Of a DNA stretch of 54,669 bases, positions 27,669-40,366 are shown in pieces. The notes beneath the pieces are model-generated. The model was given only the letters and a program-made list of their open reading frames with translations. It did no database searches and was not told the DNA's origin. Positions within the stretch are counted from its first letter, which is position 1; the number at the start of each line of letters is the position of its first letter. The position numbers and the translations under genes are program-made. Source of the stretch: Catajapyx aquilonaris (Eukaryota); the NCBI GenBank assembly GCA_000934665.2, contig JYFJ02002568.1:1-54669 (forward strand), given 5' to 3'.

Positions 27669-28913
27669 AAAAAGGCTTCCTATTGGCCTGGGTCCAGCAG
27701 AGATGCGCTGCTGGATTGGTGACCAAGGACTCCCACCCTAATCAACGAGACCTGAGTCCAATTAGCCTCGGTCACCGACATTCCATAAAGGTCATGCAGA
27801 GTCATTTCCTCCCATCTCAAGGGAGCCATGCAGTAGGTACTTGCTGACAGTACGCATTTGCACGATTTATGACACCCTCCTCCTCGACAACGGCAGATTC
27901 CATTTCCATCCCGGAAAAAGCAGAGGACGATGATAGATGTTCACCGTTTTATTTTAATTAACTCTTCTCTCAGATTTGGTGCTCATGAGTTATGAGCCTG
28001 CTAGCCATATCGGATGAGACATAACGTACATTTTGTGCGAATTTTGCAACAATGGTGGAAATTCCCCAGACCCGAAACAGCCTCTCGTGCCTATATTTAT
28101 ACGAAAACAATTCTAGAGAAAAACGAGAGACACAATGGCCGGGCTTGACAGGCAGCCAATTGTTCTAATAGTTTTGGTCACTTACTGGGAGCGAGGCATG
28201 ACAGTCGCGGTTGCACGGCACATTTTTTTTTTTTAACTTTCTGCACGGGATGTGTCCCACTTCCAAGGGCAAATTTGGCGTAAAACGTTGTTGACACGTA
28301 CTGAGGCTTGACAAGTTAGTCAGAAAAGTTTTATTATGCGACGTTATGCAAAAGTGAGGATGACCCTGAACTTGACTCGGGCTGTCACATAACATTCACA
28401 CGACTGACCTGCGTGGCTTCCGGTGTACGGAAAAGGTGATGTCTTCGGCACGGGGGCAGCCAGGGTAGTGCATGCAGGCAGTGCAAACGGTAAGGTAATA
28501 ACTAGTGTCCGGACACGGGGTATCCTCGTCCGTCCCGCGCGCGCAAGATCAATCCATGGAAAGCCAGCAGAGGATCCACAGAGGGAGCCTTCATCTAACG
28601 ACAAACCCTGCGCAATTGGTACACGTCCCTGCCCTCTGTACAACCACAGTGGAAACACTTTCAAGCCGAGCAAAATACTTCATCCAATGAATTTCATGTG
28701 AAATCGTTACATCATAATTGGCTAGGCGTGACTTTGTCCCTACATGCGTTGACTCATCACCAACGTGCATGTGTAGTATGTGTAGTTACCATGGAGCGAC
28801 AGTAGTGTGCAGAGGAGGAGCCTCTATGCAGCAACTAGTGGTGGCCGATCATACTATGGCCAAGTGGGGGGCGAGCTGGGCAGTGTTGCCAAATTTTGGC
28901 AACTTATTCACTA

Positions 28914-29079
28914 CACTCTAAACCGCAAAACATTAAAAGATCATCACTGGTGAGTCTCTAATGGAACATCAATTTTTAATGCTCCTGTGATGCTGAAAAG
29001 CATCACAAGAGCATTAAAAATTGATGCTCTATGAAAGACTCACCAGTGATGCTCTTTTAATGTTTTGCGGTTTACAGTG
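28914..29079. mobile_element. Palindromic foldback element (81-bp arms, GAAA loop)
   Basis: 28914-28994 versus the reverse complement of 28999-29079: 7 mismatches, no indels. Termini are CACT...AGTG. Confidence 0.8.
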
Positions 29080-29783
29080 AACTAGCACGGTCTTGGTAAT
29101 AAAACAGGGAGTGTACTTGCAATAAAACTTTAATATTATTACTGACATAGTAGTAGTTTGCTTATATTTCCACATAAGTATCACAATCATAAGCCAACAA
29201 GATATTCCTGCAGTACTGGTACTTCAGAAAAATGGAGAAAAAACAGTCGTTTCACAAAAATAGATGCATACTTTCTCTGAGGCCCTGTGTCCATCCATGC
29301 AAAACAAAGTATAATTAACAATTTATTTCCAGTGAATGGTGGGGTATTGTTCCATTAACATGCAGAAAATTTGATGCTACCGTATTCAGGTTACCACGTC
29401 GAAGGCCTACCGGGATGACTACGAATTAGGCCGCTACAGAGAGGATCAGATGCTACAGTGTGGACCACATATTAATCTCATTCTGTTGAGGAAAGTGCAT
29501 GAAGTAATGCAGAGAGACCAAACTCTTTGGCAAATTTTTGTTCCTTTTCAATTAGGACATTGATAATTATCAACATTTGCTCTGTAACTCCCGGACTTAC
29601 AAAATTGTCGTATTATATAGTTTAATTGTACCCAGTTTGTACTCGACAAACATGTTTTGGACTCTCATAACATTGTTGATGATGATTAGGACAAAAATTT
29701 GGTCTCTGGAAACGTGTCTCATACTCACGTTGTCGCATTTGTAGTTTGATTTGTAATCCTCATTGCAACTATACGTAGTGATA

Positions 29784-29894
29784 AGGGGTATAATTTTGGT
29801 CCCACTGCTAGTTACTGCTAATTTTGACTACCAATGCCAACACTGGTACTGCTAATGTTAGCAGTTACTAGCAGTGGGACTAAAATTCCACCCT
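29784..29894. mobile_element. Small MITE-like inverted repeat (arms of about 37 bp)
   Basis: aggggtataattttggtcccactgctagttactgctaa versus the reverse complement of ttagcagttactagcagtgggactaaaattccaccct; flanked by ATA on both sides. Confidence 0.65.
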
Positions 29895-30382
29895 ATATCT
29901 CTATAGATAAGGTCCCTAAAACACATGCTGACATGAAAGATAATATTTGACATTTTCAACTGCTGGTATTCCAAAGAGCGGTTAGTTCCACGTACAATAT
30001 CTGTATTGTGCATCTTTGATCAAATGTGCAGAGGTATTTATGGACTAATACTCCACCATTTGCTTAGAAATCTGATGTTCCGTTGAGGCAATAAAACATC
30101 TAGGGGGAAATAACGCCTCTCACAGTCAGTCTTTTAAAAGTTTATACCATGCGCAAGAACAGGTGTCTCAAAAAGTCAGTGTCAAACACTGTGGACGTTC
30201 ACTGAAGACACTCAAGAGATTCAATGCAACCAAGTTTGCTGTGTGCAACAAGCGAAACCATGACTCTTGCCAGAATACTAGGTGAATTGCTCATGGAGCA
30301 AGCTCAGGTACTGTACCATTTTTATTACAGGTGTGACCTTGTGCAGAAATAATAATAAAAAATCCCTCTCGATTTTAGCACC

Positions 30383-33300
30383 CTACATCCACTTTGACTT
30401 CTCCGTGGCTTGAACCCCTTCAGCCCTGAGGCGGCTCAGCATTGGCCTGTATATGTCGGGAGTAAAGGGCAGCACCATTCCTTTCCTCTGTATTTCACCT
30501 GAAACATTTTACATTCACAGGTTATGCTCGATATGTCTCAATGTTATAATGCAATGAGTCAGATATTACATACCATCTAGCACCATCTTGGTGGCTATAG
30601 CGGCAGGATAGCCCACTGTTTTTGCCATCGCAGAGTAACCCTTTGGATCACCGTAGGTGACCAGGTTTATACCACGTGCCTCAGTCTTTCCATCAGGCCA
30701 GCTGATCACAACCTCATGTCGAAGGACAACCAAGTCACGTTCATGGTCCTCTGTAAAATATGAAGCATATTCTAAGAGCAGAACTTTTCATGGCACCACA
30801 TGCCTTGAGAAAGCAGGAATAGCAGTATAAATATGGCTATAATCACATTAATAGTCACTTACCAAGTGCAAGCTTGTTTGCTAAGAAGTGGCTGAGACTG
30901 TCAAGTGGTGTGTTGAGTTTTGCCACTGCATCATCTTCAAGTAGGCCCAAGGACTCCACTGCCTGCATACGAGACTCAGACTTCCCCACCCTCTCATACA
31001 CGTCCTTCTTAAGGTTCTCGTAGAAGATGTTGCTGTCTGCCTTGCCCAACAGATTACACAAGAACTGCCTCTGAAATTTACAACATAACGTCACACAATC
31101 GTTCCATAGCAATGCATGAATATTTCCTTATATGGTTCTGAAATAATATCATGTAGAACCTGATGGACTTACCCATGATATTTCAGGCCCTTTTGGATGC
31201 ACAGCTGAATGTGGGTTCACGTCCAAGAGACCCAACATCTGCAGGCCAATTATAGCATCGCAGTATCCCTTGTACCTGAAGGTACCTCTGATGACTGTCT
31301 TGGCCTCACCAATATCATACAGCTTCTGATAAATGGTACTGTCCCTATTGGGATATCCCTCCAAGGCCAGCCCTGGGAGGAAATCGTGGCTGAAAGCCTC
31401 CTTCATCAGCTGTCCACCCGGAGGAATCTCAACAACCTTAAGAGGAAAGACGTGTTTCATTGCAGTGCGTCGCGATCTAACAGACAGGAAACAGTGCCAA
31501 AAGTGCCTCTTACCTTTCCGTCCTGGAGGTATTTGGCCCCACTCAGTGTGTTGAGCAGCACTCCTCGAGGGCTCCAGGAGAACTTGTACCTGAGGGCATT
31601 GTCTGACGACTCAGGTGCAGGGAGCCCACCACAGTAGCTGATAAAGGACAAGACTTTTCCTCCGTGGCTGTGCACCTCGTCAAAACATTCCATGGCCAGC
31701 AGGTGATCAATACCTGGATCCAGGCCCACCTCGTTAACAATAGTGATGCCTGCTTCACGAGCCCTGTAAAACCAAACCATGTGCTTTATGTTACTTGTAC
31801 ATCAATAACGCTAGAATTGTAGAACTTACGCTTGATCCATGGACCTCAGCTCAGGCGTGCAGTAGCTTGCAGTGACCATGTTGACTTTGTGATTTATGCA
31901 ATGCTGGGCCACCATGGGATGCAAGGAGTATGGCAGCAGAGAGATAACCACATCCGAGTCCTTGATCAGGTCACCAAGCATGTCGGGCCTCTCAACCACG
32001 TCCAGCAGCACCGGTTCAACGCCAGGGCAGCTGCTGGCAAGGAAGTCAGCTTGGTCCTTCAATGCGGATGCTGAACGCAGCAGAGAAATAAGAAGAAGAA
32101 AAAGAGTGCCAGTGCAGCTACTTTCATGAAGCATTTCTCATCAGATGATAATGCAGCATACCACTACCATACCTCTTCTCTCGGATATACATTTTGTACC
32201 AGCATTGAAAATTTTGTGCTCTCATACTTTCAATTTTGCAATCAATTTATGTCAATTTTATTTTTAAAATGTGTTTTGCCTCTATGCCGCACATCATAGG
32301 TTTTTGCAGGTTTTACTTGTCATATTTCCAATGTTGTAGTTTGAATATTATGCTGCATTGAGATCATACGCTGGTTCAGTAAAGGGGTTCGAGTGAAGTG
32401 CTTGCTAAACTTTTTCACCGTTCCAACTCAACTAGCTAGTGCTCAGAACATAAATCAAGGCAAAATAATGCTCCGACCATGTCCCACAAGTATTGAACCA
32501 GGAGCAAAAAACTACTGAAAACAGCACTTCATTTGTTAAAAAAAATTTGCCAGTGCAAAACCTGCTGGCCAACAACAAGCTTAAAAGAAGTGGGAGTTAA
32601 AAAGGGGAGAGACATTTGCCATTCCGGCAGAAGATCCACATGAAAACACAACTGCAACAAATCGACAACATATTGTCGGCACCTCTTGTAGTGGTTTACA
32701 TGTCAGAACTTAACATTCTGGCTGGAACATGAACATCAATAAAGGTTACATCGTAGGAATGATCATTACAGAAGGAAATTAAAATGAGGAACAGAAGCAG
32801 GGGAAACAAAAAAAATCACAGGGACAACAAAAACCAAAATGCATCAAACTCGGGACAGCGACATCAAAGTATAAGAACAGGTTTGAAAAATCTGAACTTA
32901 ACTGTCCTACCATGCTTTGGGTTGTTCAGGATTATGCAGGGTAGGGAAGAGACAGAGAGAAAACCTATGTGGAAGGGGTGTGTGCACAAGCGCTCCTGCG
33001 ACATTAACTCACTCTCCATAATGATGCTCACCATCATTGCAAGCTGTGAATTGTGGAAAAGGACAGAGAAACAGACACTGAAAAATCATATACCAGTGAA
33101 AATACAACAACAAACTTAGGCTATGACTAAGATAAACTAAAATTTGAAAGCGAATTGTGTCCCTGTTTGCGTAGACAGGGACATCGAAATCAACAATTTT
33201 AAAAAGACACCACACTTGATACGACTAGGAAAGAATAAATTACCCTTCTGGGAAACGACAGAAAGCAATGAATAAAAGGATGGGATGTTGCCAATTCCAG

Positions 33301-36300
33301 CCACATACGACTAAAGTACAACTTATTATTTCCATTAAATTTTCATTGAACGTAACCAGTGTGCTAAATGTAACAGACATTTGTGCCGAATCACAGAGTA
33401 AAATTACACAAACAATGCTACCCTGTACTTGCTACTTAACAAACGGTTATACGTATATAAAGTCAAAATCAGCACTACTAATCCCTATCATTGGTCAACT
33501 GGTAGAATACAGTGTGAAACTACATTGATATAATCCAATAAAAATATAAATTGCAACAAGTTTGCATGAAGCAGTTTCAACTGCGCTCGAAAATTAATTA
33601 CGTAACACATATTGAGATAGCTCTTAAGTATCCTAAAAGGAAAGAAATAAACGGAGGCGACTTACCTACTGTCACAGCGACGTGGCTGCTCTCCCGGTTG
33701 AGATATTCCACCAGAGGCGTGCTCACGTAGCCAGCACCCAAAACCAGAGCCCTCTTGGACATGGTGGGCAAGTCGGCCATTGCCTTGTGCCTGGACCTGC
33801 TAAAAATAGTGCGTTTTAAACACACCATTCATAAAAAAAACCAAAATTAACAAAATATTCAAATCAACCATAACACTGTCATAAATAAAGTATAGGTAAC
33901 TAAACAGAGAGAAAAATGTACGAAAGAAGAAGAAAAACTACAGAAATTAATAAATGTACAGAAAATGTATAATGCTGTTTAAAAACTCAAGAAAAGTCAT
34001 TGGAGAGTGTGTACCTGTTTGCCTGCCTCAACTCTGCTATGTACTCAAAGTTAGGAGTGAGTTTCCCATTGCTGGTGATAATGGCCTGAAAGTATTGACC
34101 TTTTGATTAACGGCATATCAGTACACATATTTTTGTCAATATCAGATAACTCACCCCATGGATGCAAGGATGGAAATTGTGCTCTTCGAAGGGCTTGGTT
34201 GTGTCGGAGCGAAGAATGTCAAACACATACGGAAGCAGAAGTTCGCCAAATAGGTCAGTCGCTTCTCGAGGAAGCTGGGTGGGCATGTTGTCAATGGAGC
34301 AAACCAGTACACCAGGACCTTTGAAACTGTGGCGATTCCATAATTAAAACTTGTTAGCTTCAATACATTTCAGTTCTGATCAGAAGGTTGTTTAAAGAGG
34401 AAACTTTGATGGACTTCTGAATAGCCTCATGAATACCCTTTCAACAAAAATGATGTTAACAACTGTCATAAGCAACCTTGTTACTAAAAATACAGCCTTC
34501 GTACCTCTTCGTATCCTTATTCCTGTCAGCATCGTAAAGACAGAAGGGAGTGTCGATGGTTGTGCACTCATTCATGAACTCGATGGAACCTCCGGGATCA
34601 GCACTGATGTCGCAAATAGCAAGCATGCGGTGGGGCAGAGCAGGGGAACCTACAGAGGTTGGGAGCCAGGGAGTGTTCGCAGGCCTCAGGAGGTACTTGG
34701 CATCCGGGATGGTCATCAGCTTTGGAGAATTCACAGCCCAGTAGATTCCATTGATTACCACTGATGCGTAGGGAGCAATCTTCTTTGAGAACGTGGATAT
34801 ATAAGTCTCTGGATTTGCTTCGTAATCCTTCGGATCAAATTCCATGCCATCTTTGCGTTCAATGTGATCGCGACGGCTTACTTCACAAGCGTACAGTTTG
34901 TTGGTAGCTGGAAAGTGATGTGCAGAGCATTAGTCATTAGTGCTATGACCACATGTCTTACATGGCTTGATTCTAAAATGGGTAGAGACCAAAAATTTCA
35001 TATATCTATCTGCTTCACACCCACAACTTTAAAGTTTGTACTGGCATGTACTGGTAGATGTCAACAAAGGACATCAGATATGTGGATAGCTTAATTAAGT
35101 AGATAAATTTCCAAATCCTCATGCATTTCACCTAAGTTGCACCTCTCAAGGCCACTAAAGATTGTTTACACTAGAGATAATAAACAATGTGACATGAGAT
35201 GATTGGTGCAATCTGCTCTTCAAAATAAAATAAAAGATTTTTAACATCATTCCTTTTGATATCAGCAACATTGTGACAGGTCAGTTCCAATATCATAATC
35301 AACTTCCAATCATCCATATTTTCATTACAGTGATGTCGAAATCACCTATAGTTAACAAAGCTCACTTAGTCAAGCTCTGTTTAATCATATATCAACTTCA
35401 TTTTCAGAAGAAGCAAAACACCACATTAATAATTTTTTGGTACATAGTATGCAGTAGAAGAGTGAAGCATACCTCCATGTTCGGCCACCTTCCTGAGCAT
35501 GTCTGGTGGCACGTACTCGTGAGGCAAGTCCTGGAAGACCTCTTGAGCCCCCTGAGACACGTTTCCAGACCCAGTGAACACAAATGTCAGCGGACCGATT
35601 GACTTGGGCAGCATTCCCAAGGATATTTCATACCCGGCATCTCGAATGGCTTGCCTGGCCATCACAGAATTGCGGTAGTTGTGAGCTGGACCTATATGCT
35701 ACGGAGGAAGTGCGACACATGTAAATAGCTAAATTATACCTGTAATTTAACTAGTTCACACTCACCATGAACGGGGTGTGATGGCCTAAGGCTAGAAGCC
35801 TTAGCCCAATCCCATGCAGGATATTCACCATTCCAGCCACACCGGCATATTTTCCAAAAGCAACCACACGCTGACCCCGTTCATCCATCATCTTCTCATA
35901 GTCTAAGAGTCGGATGTTCTACAAAAAGTGAAATGCACGTCGATAATTTTCCAGCACGCTATAAATTATTATCCTTGTATAATTTGCAAAAAAACTGAGA
36001 GTCTGACCTTCTCCAATATGGCATCAAGAAGAGGCATGTTGGCTTCCTGTGCTTTGATGGTGTGAGAAAAAAAGCAGTAGGTCTTGTTCGGAATTAGGGA
36101 GTCAATTGGCACTTGCTTCACTCCAATGATGACATTTGCGTCGGAAATGTCCTCCTGGATGCATGCTCCTGCATTGGCGTAGGACTGCCCACACAGATTT
36201 TGAAACACATTAATATCACATCATATGTAGTAAAAACATTAAAACGTGGATTAATGAAGCCTGCGAAATTGAAATATTATTTTATGTTAATATCCACGCA

Positions 36301-37344
36301 ATAGCTGACTTTTGCTTCTTCTAACAAGATGTGTTAGCACAGCTGTGAAGTTGCATAATCACTAACCTGCTGCATGTAAGTTATGTAAGTGAGATAAGCT
36401 TGATAATATCCAAAAAAAATTGCAATTTTGAGCCACTCAGAATTTTCCACCTGCACTATTATAAATTCCTCGTAACTAGTAAACTGTACAGTAACTGTAA
36501 TCATTTCAGAAGATATGACGCTTTCATACTGAGCATATAATACAATGCAATTAGGTTGGAGCTACACAATTAGTTTAAATATGAAGTGTGGTTTCACTTG
36601 TAACAGTTCTCTTACTGATTTGCACTGACAATGTGATGTCACTTCAGTTTTAAAGGAAATGCTTGTAGCTTCAGTCCTCATAATATCTGCAGAATAGTAA
36701 CTGAGGTAAGCTACCCATACCCATGCCATCACCATAATTATCTCCCTTCATGCTCTCCTTACACTGTAATCACACCACCACCATGTAATTTCAAAAGTGA
36801 CTTGATTTACCTCACAGACCTAATCATTCCATGGGAAAGGAACGTGGCAGGATCACTGTGGAAATTATGGCATTAACATTCATTTTCAAAACTTCATCTT
36901 GGACTTACAATAATAACTGGCTTTGCCATTAAAAACTTGATACGGTATAAGATTAATTTTCACTTTCAGTAAAAATGTGCGTAAATTTTTTTATTCCAGT
37001 TCATGATGCAGTATCACTATTATGCTATGTATAACACACCCACCTGCATAGGGTAAGCTCTCCTGTTGGACGGTTGCACCAGTATTTTGACCCCAGCTTT
37101 GACTAGCCTCCGAACATTGGTTGGGGACAAGGGGGCCCTGCGCTCCCATACTGTCTGGTCTTCTCGACGAATGGCCAGCACCCTTCCCGCAACTTCACTC
37201 TTTTAAGGAATGAAAATAATTATGTATTGAGTACCAAAATTGATAACAAAAACACAGTATTTCACTCACTGAGTAAAACCTGATCCAGCGGGCATGATGG
37301 CAGCAAAGCTGACAGGGAAATCTGGAGGTCTTGATCCGCAACAT
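30383..37344 (-). CDS. AASS: Alpha-aminoadipic semialdehyde synthase (bifunctional lysine-ketoglutarate reductase/saccharopine dehydrogenase), about 939 aa, 15 coding exons
   Basis: Exons 37270-37344, 37044-37199, 36008-36184, 35766-35918, 35473-35698, 34505-34907, 34155-34326, 34015-34085, 33666-33796, 31830-32070, 31514-31763, 31173-31436, 30863-31070, 30574-30750 and 30383-30498, with consistent phases. Motifs: [91 protein letters not shown]. The Arg-rich N-terminus resembles a mitochondrial presequence. Confidence 0.96.
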
Positions 37345-38537
37345 CCAATGCACTTAGGCCGCAGAGGCACTCTGCAAAAATAAAACAACAATCAATGATC
37401 CAAAAAAAAACTGTATTGATGGAGCGTACAGCAGAGGTCACAAACACACCCACTGTGATACTGGTGCGTCTTTCTGTTTTTCTGGCCAATAGGAATCGTT
37501 TGGTAACGGGCGATGTTCCCAATATAGAATACTTGGAACTATGTCAAAACAGCAGAAGGAACGAGGGAGAAAAACGTCACACAGTAGATTGAAAGGGATG
37601 CCCCATTCACACGTGTTTGTCACCAAAACTTGAACTGGAACAAGGGCAGAACCTCTGCACAGTTTTTGTCTGCCCCCTCACCAGGTTAAAAATAAGCCCT
37701 GGTCTACCCCAACCAAGTTCTGGTTCCCCAGCCCTGAACTAATTTCCACTGGGGAGAAAAAGAAGAAGAGGAACCACAATATTGGCAACGATTCAGATAG
37801 GTTGGTGTGCTGGCACACCTCCGGAATGAAGGTCGTCACTACGTGTTGCCTGGGTTGCTTTTCGTATGATTATCAAGGCGATTCAATGCATCGCTGATAT
37901 GGATTGTGCCCTGACCTTGAATTGATCAGAATTTGTGAGGAAGCATAAAATATCAGGAAGTACTTGGTAACGCACAGGCCAACTATAATTAGTACGTAAC
38001 GTTCCTGCGAAAAGATTGCTTCATTAAAAAATGGTTAATTTTATTATGCAAGTGACCTGCTGGCAAGCTGGAAAACCACAAACGCTGATAAATCTTGCAG
38101 CACATTAGATAACATTATTTTCACATGGGATGTCTTGTACAAGTTTTACCATTACCACTGTAACGTCCCTCACTTGGGAACATATTTGAACTTATTTAAT
38201 TTTTGAACATCGTTGAACATAGTTGAAAAGGTTATTTTAATGTACTGAATTAAGCATGGTGCCAATAAAAAGTGCATTAATTATTTCACTGAACTGATGA
38301 TGCCCAAAGTGCAATTATCAGCCCTGATTAGTGCTGATAATTGCAAAACTTTTCCTTCTTTTTTTTTGTAATGATCTGCATCCTGATACTAACATGTGCA
38401 TATGGTGTACATAATTACATTTTTTAAGAGTATAACAGGTTGACTTATCAGCATGAATATTCTGTTACATGATGTGCAAAACATCTACAATAAATATGCA
38501 AGCACCGGCCCCTCCCAAAGTTGCCCTTGACCTTTAC

Positions 38538-38934
38538 CTGCCAGGTAGTTCTCCAGGTCTGATCTTCGATTGTCCCAGTCGTCGCCGTCACCTCCAAAAA
38601 TTGCACTGCGTGCTTCTGGTGTACGTGTTGCAATGAGGACGTCAGCAAGAGATTCTCTTGGGGGGGTGGTGTTACATCGCGCCCCGAGTGTCACACGATA
38701 AGAAGCCAAGGTCAAGGATAGTGCTCTCTCGATTCTTCTATAAAAACAACGGGAGCAACGTATTCTCCTCCCCCATCATGATTTTTAAAAAGGGGGTTAG
38801 AAGAAAAATATGTACCCTTAGAAACCACACGACGCAGATTATAAACAAAAGTTTCGATTTGTTTAGAGGGGGGAGAAAAATAATAATGGATTTGCGCAAG
38901 TACAGAGAGAAATCGATCCGAAAGTGCCGCCAAC
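38538..38934. promoter_or_regulatory. Probable bidirectional promoter AASS / DUF4787-like gene, including the putative AASS non-coding first exon
   Basis: A minus-strand donor CAG|gtaaag at 38537 pairs with the acceptor upstream of the AASS ATG (tttttgcag at 37372-37374). The plus-strand ATG is at 38935. Confidence 0.5.
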
Positions 38935-40273
38935 ATGGCCGCATTTTGGGCCTTTATCCTTCTGCTTCTGATGCAGATAGTGGTCGGATTCATGCCCAGT
39001 CCTCCCCCGATGTTCACCTTCACTGAGTTTCCGTACAAGGAGACAACCAAGAATGTGAGAGTCGTGTACAGAGTCATGGAGGGGTGTCATGTATTTTGAT
39101 TTTATTCTGTATAGGAATTGGCGTTTCGAGAGTATGAGGCGGCGTGTGAGCAGACACCATCGTGCGTCAACATCAAGGGAATACACAGGGGTCGATGTGT
39201 CAGAGAGTGCATCTCACCCTCGTGCTATCTGGACATTTACAGGAAGGACGAGGTATACCATCAATGGCTCCTAAATCTGCGGGCAATTATGACGCCGAAA
39301 TTTCGGGGATCCGATACAGGAATTGTTGCTCACCCTGTAGTTCAAAGAATGATTCACTGCCTAGTTTTAAAGCCTTAAAATGGCCCCAAGCACTGGCCTA
39401 AGCTGTTATAAATAGTGCAGGTGTCAAACTAAATGCTGAGCTCTCCTATTGATTACTTATTGTTACTAGTTTATTTCACTGCGGCAGCCACTGAGGTTAG
39501 CAACGTACTATATGCCTCACCCTCTATTTAAAGTGAATAAATAAATAAGAGCTCAGTTAGACAAAGAAAGAACTAACATGATTTGTGCATGAAAAAAATT
39601 GTGGAAAGAGTAGGCCAGGGTAACTGATTAATGACATCTGTTGAAATTGTGTTTATACACAAATGTTTCTGCTATCAGAACAAGGGAAGGTCACTGCCAT
39701 CTTAATCAAACTGTAACGCAGATATCCTAACTCTTTTAGAAGCCGGTTGCGAAAAGAAGGGTCAAACTTCTGTTTGCCAGAAGCCTGAATACAACCATTG
39801 TTTAAAGCCATTTTTTGCTATGCGTATCTCTTTGTTTTCCTCTCCTAAATTGCAATCTGACACTGTATGATGCCCTCTAGCTGGCTAAACATGACCCGCA
39901 TTTAGCAATGAAACTAACAAAAACAAGGACATTCACAGTCAGTTAATTAATTCGTCCTATACCAATCATTTTTTTTCATGTCAGTGACCTGCTTTTGTGT
40001 AATCCGTCAAGTGAAGCCCAAAAATATTCCATGGAACATTTTTCAACAGTTTGCAAATAAAAGAATGGATGCTAGTTATGGTCACAGAAAATTTCTAGAA
40101 AACCTGGTTCATGGACTGTGATTTTTGGTATAAAATGTGCTCCTGAGATTTATTAACAGACTTGACAACCAATTTCTGGTCTCCGTCAACAGCTTGAAGA
40201 AGGCGAAATAGACGTGCGACTGTCATCGTTCAAAGGCTGCTTTGTTCAACGAGTCTCCAGGCAACGCCCATGA
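38935..40273 (+). CDS. Small secreted cysteine-rich protein, DUF4787-like, 112 aa, 3 exons
   Basis: Exons 38935-39054, 39115-39252 and 40193-40273 (phase 0,0). Hydrophobic signal peptide MAAFWAFILLLLMQIVVG, then C..C..CVRECISPSCY..IY..DELEEGEIDVRLSSFKGC, which I recognise as the DUF4787 pattern. The gene is not fully shown in the ORF track. Confidence 0.85.
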
Positions 40274-40366
40274 ATAAAATACTCTTCATACTATGAGCAT
40301 GTACATAATTATGTAAATCTTTATTTCCATTTTGTAAAATATATAGAGACGCCATGAAAATGCATT

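Noticed and set aside
13600..28900. Short ORFs of 60-137 aa in the gene-poor block
   Set aside because: No recognisable domains, codon bias or consistent splice chains.
33800..34014. Microexon or intronic poly(A) site in the pyrimidine-rich LKR/SDH boundary intron
   Set aside because: Acceptor-like sites exist, but there is no good donor and no minus-strand AATAAA.
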